64,000 nt of DNA, taken from positions 8,014 through 72,013 of the forward strand of contig CALWLA010000007.1 in NCBI GenBank assembly GCA_944381405.1. Direction: 5' to 3'. The notes under the pieces were generated by a model that was not told the origin of the DNA, ran no database searches, and saw only the letters and a list, made by a program, of their open reading frames with translations. The stretch comes from an uncultured Lachnospiraceae bacterium. GTDB lineage: Bacteria; Bacillota; Clostridia; Lachnospirales; Lachnospiraceae. The translations under genes and the position numbers were made by a program. Below are positions 57,376 through 64,000 of the stretch, one piece after another. How positions within the stretch are numbered: position 1 is the stretch's first letter; each line of letters opens with the position of its first letter.

Positions 57376-57385
57376 GGAGATAGCA

Positions 57386-59086
57386 ATGAATTACAAAGAT
57401 AGATATGAACAATGGCTAAATGATGATTTTTTTGATGAGACGACTCGAAAAGAGTTAGCCGCCTTAACAGACGATAAAGAGATTGAGGATTGTTTTTATC
57501 GCGATCTTGAGTTTGGTACAGGTGGTTTACGTGGCATCATGGGAGCCGGTACCAATCGAATGAATCAATACACAGTCGGGAAAGCAACGGCTGGACTTGG
57601 AAAGTATCTGCTTGATACTTATGGAGCAGAAGCCTGCAGAACTCGAGGCGTAGTTATTAGTTATGATACCCGGAATAACAGTAAATATTTTTCACAGACG
57701 ACAGCTAATATATTGAGTGGTATGGGAATCCGTGTTTATCTTCATTCCAACGCAAGACCAACACCACAGCTATCTTTTTCTGTGAAGTTCTTCCATGCAC
57801 TTGCCGGCGTAGTCATTACTGCCAGCCATAATCCAAAGAAATATAACGGTTACAAAGTATATGACGAATTTGGCTGCCAGCTTGTCCCCTGGCAGGCAAA
57901 GCAAGTGATCAGTTATGTGGATGCGATTACAGATTACCACAGCATTAACTATACAGGGAATGACAGCCTTATTTCTATGGTTGATGTGACGGATAACTTT
58001 GTCATGGCTGTCATGAAACAAAGTCGATATGAAGATCAACAGGCAAAGGAGGATTTAAAAGTTATATATACCCCATTACACGGGACAGGAAATATCCCTG
58101 TTCAGAAAGCGCTTCATTTAGGTGGTTTTACTCAAATTGAGCCAGTGGTAGAGCAAGTTGTCCCTGACGGGAACTTCCCCACTGTGGTCTCTCCTAACCC
58201 TGAAGACAAGAGAGCTTTGGAATTGGGAATTGTACAGGCAAAACGTATTGATGCGGACATCGTGTTGGGGACAGACCCGGATTGCGACCGTGTAGGAATT
58301 GCAGTTAGAAACTCAACTGGTGATTATCAATTAATGACCGGCAATCAGGTCGGCGCTTTGTTGATGAGATTCATCTTGACCCATACAGATTTGACTCAAT
58401 ATTCTCGTCCGGCAGTTGTGAAAACAGTCGTTACTTCAGAGCTTGGAGCGGATATTGCCAGAAAACATGGTATTACTGTGTTCTCCACTTTGACTGGTTT
58501 TAAATTCATCGGGGAAAAGATCACGCAGTTTGAGCGGGATAAAGCGGAAGGCAGTGCTGACCGGAATTTTGATTTCCTGTTCGGCTATGAAGAATCTTAT
58601 GGGTATTTAGCTGGAACACATGCCCGTGATAAAGATGCGGTTGTCAGCTCCCTGTTGATCTGTGAGATGGCTGCCGAAGCAAAGGCAAATGGAAAGACTC
58701 TTCTTGATGAAATGGATGAGATCTATGCGGAGTATGGTTACTACCGCGATGCTCTGGATAGTTTCACATTGAAGGGAAAGGACGGATTAGAAAAGATAAC
58801 GGCTATGATGACTGAATTACGTTCCTCTGATTCTCCATTTGAGGATACAGCTTCCGTTATTGATTACAGCAAACCAGTGGATGCAGAACCTGGATTCGGG
58901 AAACTACCTACGTCCAACGTTTTGAAATATATCTTGGAAGATGGCTCATGGATTGCTGTACGCCCGTCCGGCACGGAGCCCAAAATAAAAATTTATTACA
59001 GCATAAAGGCTGTTGATAAGGAAACTGCAGAGAAGAAATTAATAGATATACAAAATGTGATCCAGAGTAAGCTGGAACTTAACTAA
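57386..59086 (+). CDS. phosphoglucomutase/phosphomannomutase family phospho-sugar mutase
   Basis: Phosphoserine loop [15 protein letters not shown], metal loop GTDPDCDR and sugar loop GYEESYGY. 566 aa, PgcA-like size. Confidence 0.9.
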   Translation: MNYKDRYEQWLNDDFFDETTRKELAALTDDKEIEDCFYRDLEFGTGGLRGIMGAGTNRMNQYTVGKATAGLGKYLLDTYGAEACRTRGVVISYDTRNNSKYFSQTTANILSGMGIRVYLHSNARPTPQLSFSVKFFHALAGVVITASHNPKKYNGYKVYDEFGCQLVPWQAKQVISYVDAITDYHSINYTGNDSLISMVDVTDNFVMAVMKQSRYEDQQAKEDLKVIYTPLHGTGNIPVQKALHLGGFTQIEPVVEQVVPDGNFPTVVSPNPEDKRALELGIVQAKRIDADIVLGTDPDCDRVGIAVRNSTGDYQLMTGNQVGALLMRFILTHTDLTQYSRPAVVKTVVTSELGADIARKHGITVFSTLTGFKFIGEKITQFERDKAEGSADRNFDFLFGYEESYGYLAGTHARDKDAVVSSLLICEMAAEAKANGKTLLDEMDEIYAEYGYYRDALDSFTLKGKDGLEKITAMMTELRSSDSPFEDTASVIDYSKPVDAEPGFGKLPTSNVLKYILEDGSWIAVRPSGTEPKIKIYYSIKAVDKETAEKKLIDIQNVIQSKLELN

Positions 59087-59100
59087 GGGGGCAAGGCGTT

Positions 59101-60420
59101 ATGAATATTATTTTACTTTCCGGGGGAAGCGGCAAGCGTCTGTGGCCTCTTTCCAATGAAGTAAGAAGCAAACAGTTTATCAAGTTGTTTAAAAATGAGA
59201 ATGGCGAATATGAATCCATGGTCCAGAGGGTGTACCGTCAGATCCATGCGGTAGATGATGCTGCCAATATTACGATTGCGACCAGTAAATCCCAAGCAAG
59301 TGCCATTAAAAATCAGTTGGGTGAGAAAGTATCGATCTGTGTGGAACCTTGCAGGCGGGATACATTTCCGGCGATTGTACTTGCTGTTTCTTATCTTCAT
59401 GATGAATTGGGAGTGTCTGAGGATGAGGCGGTAGTTGTCTGCCCGGTAGACCCTTATGTTGATCATACATACTACGAAGCAGTGGAAAAATTACAGGAGT
59501 TAGCAAAAGAAGAAAACGCTAACCTTACACTGATGGGAATTGAACCAACCTATCCTTCTGAGAAGTATGGCTATATCATTCCTGAGTCTGGCGATTCTGT
59601 GAGCAAAGTTAAGGAATTTAAAGAAAAACCAGATCAGGAGACAGCAAAGAAATATCTTACACAGAATGCCCTTTGGAATGCAGGTATTTTCGCATTTAAG
59701 ATCGGTTATTTGCTCAATAAAGCACATAGCATGATCGATTTTGAAGATTACCGTGAGTTATTTAATAAGTATGACACATTGGCTAAGATCAGCTTCGATT
59801 ACGCTGTCGTAGAAAAAGAGCCATCCATCCAGGTATTGCGTTACAAAGGAGACTGGAAAGATGTGGGGACCTGGAATATGATGGCCGAGGTCATGGCAGA
59901 TACAACAAAAGGAAAGGTGATCCTGGATGATGCCTGCGAGAATACCAATGTGGTAAATGAGCTCAATATTCCGATTCTCTGTATGGGATGCAAAGACCTG
60001 ATCGTTGCGGTCAGTGGTGACGGGATCCTGGTTTCTGATAAGGAACGCAGCGGCTATATGAAGCCTTATGTGGAAAAAATCGAAACAGAGGCCATGTATG
60101 CAGAAAAATCCTGGGGAACCTACACTGTTATTGATGTGCAGGTTGGTTCCATGACTGTAAAACTGTCTATGAAACCAGGCGAACATATGAGTTATCACAT
60201 GCACAATTACCGGGAGGAAGTATGGACGGTGGTATCCGGCAAAGGAAAAGCTATTGTTGATGGAATGGAACAGATTCTACGGACTGGCGATGTCATCACG
60301 ATTGCGGCAGGCTGCAAGCATACGGTAGAGGCAATCACCGGGTTGGACATGATTGAAGTTCAAATTGGTGAGGAAATTAGTGTTAGTGATAAAGTGAAGT
60401 TTTCGCTGGGCGAAAGATAG
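59101..60420 (+). CDS. manC: mannose-1-phosphate guanylyltransferase with C-terminal cupin
   Basis: LLSGGSGKRLWPLSNEVRSKQF nucleotidyltransferase motif. C-terminal cupin (GEHMSYHMHNYREEVWTVVSGKG). Confidence 0.88.
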   Translation: MNIILLSGGSGKRLWPLSNEVRSKQFIKLFKNENGEYESMVQRVYRQIHAVDDAANITIATSKSQASAIKNQLGEKVSICVEPCRRDTFPAIVLAVSYLHDELGVSEDEAVVVCPVDPYVDHTYYEAVEKLQELAKEENANLTLMGIEPTYPSEKYGYIIPESGDSVSKVKEFKEKPDQETAKKYLTQNALWNAGIFAFKIGYLLNKAHSMIDFEDYRELFNKYDTLAKISFDYAVVEKEPSIQVLRYKGDWKDVGTWNMMAEVMADTTKGKVILDDACENTNVVNELNIPILCMGCKDLIVAVSGDGILVSDKERSGYMKPYVEKIETEAMYAEKSWGTYTVIDVQVGSMTVKLSMKPGEHMSYHMHNYREEVWTVVSGKGKAIVDGMEQILRTGDVITIAAGCKHTVEAITGLDMIEVQIGEEISVSDKVKFSLGER

Positions 60421-60434
60421 TGGGTGCGGTAGAA

Positions 60435-61400
60435 ATGGAAATATTGAAACTGAAGCCTGCGGGAAAGGATTATCTCTGGGGTGGTACAAGACTCCGTGAT
60501 GAATATGGGAAGAAAATTGATCTGACCCCTTTAGCGGAAACATGGGAGTGTTCTGTTCATCCGGATGGTCCCAGTATTGTAACGAATGGAGAATTTAAAG
60601 GCTGGAAGTTAACAGATGTCTTAAAGCAGCATCCGGAATTTCTTGGCTTAAAGGTCAAAAATGGTGAATTACCTATCTTAGTGAAATTTATAGATGCGAA
60701 ACAGGATCTGTCTGTGCAGGTACATCCGGATGATGAGTATGCCAGAAAGAATGAACATCAAAATGGAAAAACCGAAATGTGGTATGTCATTGATGCCGAT
60801 GAAGGGGCAAATCTGATCTATGGCTTTCAGCACAAAGTTACAGACGATATTTTAAGAAACGCTGTCGAGACAGGAACCCTTGATAAACATCTGCAAAAAG
60901 TGTCTGTCCATAAGGGTGATATCTTCTATGTTCCAGCAGGGACAGTTCATGGTATAGGAGCTGGTATTCTGCTTGCGGAGATTCAGGAAAGCTCCAATGT
61001 AACATACCGTGTCTATGATTATGACAGGGTTGATAAAAATGGAAAAAAACGGGAACTTCATTTTGATAAGGCCGTTCATGTTATGAACATGGATATGGCT
61101 CCAGATGTAAAGCAGATGCCGAGGATAATAAAACATTATCCGGGATGTTCACGAGAACTGCTGTGTCGCTGCAAATACTTTGAAGTTGAAAGAATTCAAG
61201 TCACCAAAGCATTTTCATTTTCTGTTCTTGAAGAATCGTTCCAAGTCATTATGTGCCTGGAAGGAGAGGGACAGATAGAGACAATGGATGAGAACCTAAA
61301 ACCAGTCAGGTTTGTGAAGGGAAGGACATTGCTTCTTCCAGCTGGACTTGGAAGGTGTCTGGTTGTTGGGGATGCTACGATATTGAAGATAAGGTGTTAA
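60435..61400 (+). CDS. manA: mannose-6-phosphate isomerase, class I
   Basis: [46 protein letters not shown] 60420 is an alternative start overlapping the manC stop. Confidence 0.88.
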   Translation: MEILKLKPAGKDYLWGGTRLRDEYGKKIDLTPLAETWECSVHPDGPSIVTNGEFKGWKLTDVLKQHPEFLGLKVKNGELPILVKFIDAKQDLSVQVHPDDEYARKNEHQNGKTEMWYVIDADEGANLIYGFQHKVTDDILRNAVETGTLDKHLQKVSVHKGDIFYVPAGTVHGIGAGILLAEIQESSNVTYRVYDYDRVDKNGKKRELHFDKAVHVMNMDMAPDVKQMPRIIKHYPGCSRELLCRCKYFEVERIQVTKAFSFSVLEESFQVIMCLEGEGQIETMDENLKPVRFVKGRTLLLPAGLGRCLVVGDATILKIRC

Positions 61401-61426
61401 TTAAAATTTTAGGAGGATTAACGATT

Positions 61427-62458
61427 ATGAAAAAGGCATTAATTACTGGAATTACTGGTCAGGATGGTTCCTACTTGGCGGAATTTCTTCTCGAGAAGGG
61501 CTATGAGGTACATGGAATCATACGTCGTGCATCTGTTTCTACAACCGCACGTATAGACCACATTCTAGACAAATTAAATATCCATGAAGGAGACCTGTCA
61601 GATTCTTCCAGCATCATACGCATTGTTCTTCAGGTTAAGCCAGATGAAATTTATAATCTTGCAGCTCAGTCTCATGTACAGGTGTCCTTTGATGCAGCTG
61701 AGTATACAGGAGATGTAGATGCTCTTGGTGTACTTCGAATCCTTGAGGCTGTGCATACCGCTGGCTTGGATAAAACCTGCCGCGTATATCAGGCATCTAC
61801 TTCTGAACTGTACGGAAAGGTTGAGGAAGTTCCGCAGAACGAGAATACACCGTTCCATCCATATTCACCTTACGCAGTAGCAAAGCAGTATGGTTATTGG
61901 ATGATTAAAGAATATAGAGAAGCATATGGCATTTTCGCATGCAACGGTATCCTTTTTAATCATGAATCAGAACGTCGTGGCGAGAATTTTGTAACGCGTA
62001 AGATTACTTTGGCAGCCGGACGTATCGCTTGTGGTCTTCAGGATCATCTTGAGCTTGGTAATCTGGATTCTCTGCGTGACTGGGGATACGCCAAGGATTA
62101 TGTGGAGTGTATGTGGCTGATCTTACAGCAGGATGAGCCAGATGATTATGTAATTGCTACTGGTGTACAGCACACGGTTCGGGAGTTTACAACGCTTGCT
62201 TTTGCTAATAATGGTATCGAGCTCGAGTGGAGAGGTGAAGGTATGGATGAAAAGGGATATGACAAACAGACTGGCAAGATGCTGGTTTGTGTAAATCCCA
62301 AGTGGTATCGTCCCACGGATGTTGTAAATCTTTGGGGAGATCCAACTAAGGCAAGAACTAAGTTGGGCTGGAATCCTCAGAAAACAAGTTATGAGGAGCT
62401 TTGCAGAATCATGGCAGAGCATGACTTACAATTAGCTAAAAAGGAAGCAGGTGTGTAA
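61427..62458 (+). CDS. gmd: GDP-mannose 4,6-dehydratase
   Basis: ATG 61427 after [49 protein letters not shown] and [10 protein letters not shown]. Confidence 0.95.
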   Translation: MKKALITGITGQDGSYLAEFLLEKGYEVHGIIRRASVSTTARIDHILDKLNIHEGDLSDSSSIIRIVLQVKPDEIYNLAAQSHVQVSFDAAEYTGDVDALGVLRILEAVHTAGLDKTCRVYQASTSELYGKVEEVPQNENTPFHPYSPYAVAKQYGYWMIKEYREAYGIFACNGILFNHESERRGENFVTRKITLAAGRIACGLQDHLELGNLDSLRDWGYAKDYVECMWLILQQDEPDDYVIATGVQHTVREFTTLAFANNGIELEWRGEGMDEKGYDKQTGKMLVCVNPKWYRPTDVVNLWGDPTKARTKLGWNPQKTSYEELCRIMAEHDLQLAKKEAGV

Positions 62459-63373
62459 ATGAAGGCTTTAATCACTGGAAGCAATGGCTTTATTGGCTCA
62501 CATCTTAGTACAGAGTTTGAGAAAAATGGATATGAAGTTATTAAGAGTGATCTTACTGAAGGTGGCGGAAATATTGCCATGGATATAATGAATCCAGCGG
62601 TGATTCAAAGTGTTCTTGAGAAATATAAACCAGATGTTATCATCAACATGGCCGGGCAGGCAAATGTAGGACTCTCGTGGAAGAAGCCACAGCTTACTGT
62701 TCAGCTTAACACGGTTGGATTGATTAATATCTTGGAATCTGTAAAAGCGGTCAACTCTGAGATACGTGTTATTGCTATTGGTTCTTCTGACGAATATGGG
62801 AGTTTAAAAGAAAGCGGTTCCAATGTTACTGAAGATATTCCTGTGAAACCGGTCACACCTTATGCTATTTCTAAACAGGCACAGGAGTTGTTTGCACAGC
62901 TGTACGTCCAATCGTATGGCATGGATATCTGCATGATTCGGCTATTCAATCTTGGTGGGGCAGGTCAATCAAAAGGATATATGATTTCTGATTTTTCTTC
63001 CGGTATTGCTGAAGTTGAGCTTGGAAAAAAAGATGTGATGTCTGTCGGCAACCTTGAGAGTGCCAGAGACTATACACATGTGAAGGATGCCTGTAGAGCT
63101 GTACGGCTTATTGTGGAAAAAGGACATGTTGGAGAGGTATACAATATCTGTTCTGGCACAACTCACACTGTACAGGAAGTCTTAGATAAGTTGATTGCAA
63201 TGGCAAAGACAGAGATTAAGGTTGTACAGGATCCAGCGAGGATGCGCCCGAGTGACACTCCGGTCGTTTGCGGTAATCATGATAAGCTGACTGCACATAC
63301 AGGATGGCAACCGAAATATGGTATTGATGAGATATTGAAAGATGCCCTCACTTATTGGAGAGAGCAGAATTGA
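62459..63373 (+). CDS. rmd: GDP-4-dehydro-6-deoxy-D-mannose reductase-like SDR (Rmd-like)
   Basis: Starts 1 nt after the gmd stop. ALITGSNGFIGSHL, YAISK, VYNICSG and VQDPARMRPSD resemble recalled Rmd sequences rather than Fcl. Exact product (D-rhamnose vs 6-deoxy-D-talose) cannot be decided by eye. Confidence 0.7.
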   Translation: MKALITGSNGFIGSHLSTEFEKNGYEVIKSDLTEGGGNIAMDIMNPAVIQSVLEKYKPDVIINMAGQANVGLSWKKPQLTVQLNTVGLINILESVKAVNSEIRVIAIGSSDEYGSLKESGSNVTEDIPVKPVTPYAISKQAQELFAQLYVQSYGMDICMIRLFNLGGAGQSKGYMISDFSSGIAEVELGKKDVMSVGNLESARDYTHVKDACRAVRLIVEKGHVGEVYNICSGTTHTVQEVLDKLIAMAKTEIKVVQDPARMRPSDTPVVCGNHDKLTAHTGWQPKYGIDEILKDALTYWREQN

Positions 63374-63390
63374 TTTATTAGGAGTGACTA

Positions 63391-64000
63391 TATGAGAATG
63401 AAATTCCTTAATACCCACATTGATAATCTTACAATGAGTGAAGCAATTCAAGAAATAGATAAATTAATCCAAGATGGAAAGCATTCGTATGTAGTTACTC
63501 CTAATCTGGATCATATTGTACTTATAGAAAATGATGAGTTATTTAAAGAAATTTATGACAATGCGGATTTGGTTTTAGCTGATGGGAAACCGTTGTTGTG
63601 GATTGCGAAAAGGCAAGGAACTCCAATTAAAGAAAAAGTATCTGGTTCGGATCTTTTCCCGGAGATGTGTAAGTTGGCAGCAAAGAACGGGTACAAGATT
63701 TATATCCTTGGAGCAGCTGAGGGAGTAGCAGATAAGGCTGCAGAGAACCTTATAGTAAAGTTTAATGGACTTAAAATTGTAGGTACATATTCGCCACCTA
63801 TAGGATTTGAAACGGACAAAACTGAGGTTCAAAAAATTGTTAATAAGATTAACGAATCCAAAGCTGATATTTTGGCCGTTGCATTAGGCTCACCGAAGGG
63901 CGAAAAGTTCATATATAGGATTAGAGAGAAGATATGTGTGGTTTTGTCAATTTCAATCGGGGCCACGATAGATTTTGAGGCAGGGAATTTGAAGCGTGCT
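63391..64000 (+). CDS. WecG/TagA/CpsF family glycosyltransferase (3' end outside the window)
   Basis: Not in the ORF track because no stop lies within the window. My translation from ATG 63391 (after AGGAG) gives MRMKFLNTHIDNLTMSEA...VVTPNLDHIV...ADLVLADGKPLLW...VSGSDLF...YILGAAEG...ILAVALGSPKGEKF, the WecG/TagA pattern. Confidence 0.85.

Noticed and set aside
62459-63373. Calling the post-gmd SDR GDP-L-fucose synthase (fcl/wcaG)
   Set aside because: The N-terminus, length (304 aa) and C-terminal VQDPARMR block resemble Rmd-type reductases rather than Fcl as I recall them. The point is kept as a testable item in the findings.
1-64000. Search for CRISPR arrays, tRNA/rRNA genes, transposases, integrases and prophage genes
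   Set aside because: No regularly spaced 25-40-nt repeats, no cloverleaf-capable conserved tRNA motifs in the short intergenic regions, no rRNA-like stretches and no recombinase-like ORFs were seen. The absence is by inspection only and should be confirmed with tRNAscan/Infernal/ISfinder-type tools.

Overview
Chromosomal segment of a GC-rich Firmicute. Gene order and content point to Clostridia (asp23-nusB-xseA-xseB-ispA-dxs-tlyA-nadK-argR-recN block, rdgB plus ysnB-like phosphoesterase, ECF ThiT behind a TPP riboswitch, CIRCE), but the taxon is inference. I call 59 CDS, tightly packed and often start/stop-overlapping, with all but one on the + strand.

Most are housekeeping genes:
- Cell envelope: DD-carboxypeptidase, GtrA+YfhO, polysaccharide deacetylase, PrsA-like PPIase.
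- Metabolism and translation: folD, pyrK-pyrD-pyrF, a separate pyrC-pyrE-pyrB-pyrI set, hisS-aspS, glgA.
- Stress and DNA handling: hslO, htpG, rmuC, ruvA, comEA.
- Transport: three ABC systems and a MATE exporter.

Right after the pyrBI terminator (~54.9 kb) the DNA turns visibly AT-rich. About 1.2 kb of ORF-poor, repeat- and hairpin-rich non-coding DNA follows. After it comes a nucleotide-sugar operon that runs off the window: ugd, phosphohexomutase, manC, manA, gmd, an Rmd-like reductase and a WecG/TagA-type transferase. Together these predict GDP-D-rhamnose plus UDP-glucuronate supply.

I recognised no rRNA, tRNA, CRISPR array, transposase or integrase.

Items most worth a second look:
1. 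The AT-rich glycan island and its structured leader.
2. A tandemly duplicated double-hairpin module with a compensatory base-pair change in the hslO leader.
3. A near-consensus CIRCE overlapping a perfect sigma-A promoter in front of htpG.
4. An XRE/S24 (LexA-like) repressor divergent from a small membrane-protein gene whose promoter carries two exact 16-nt repeats.
5. A (GTATAA)6 microsatellite between a stop codon and its terminator.

No computations or database searches were run. All calls rest on reading the sequence and on recalled family motifs.
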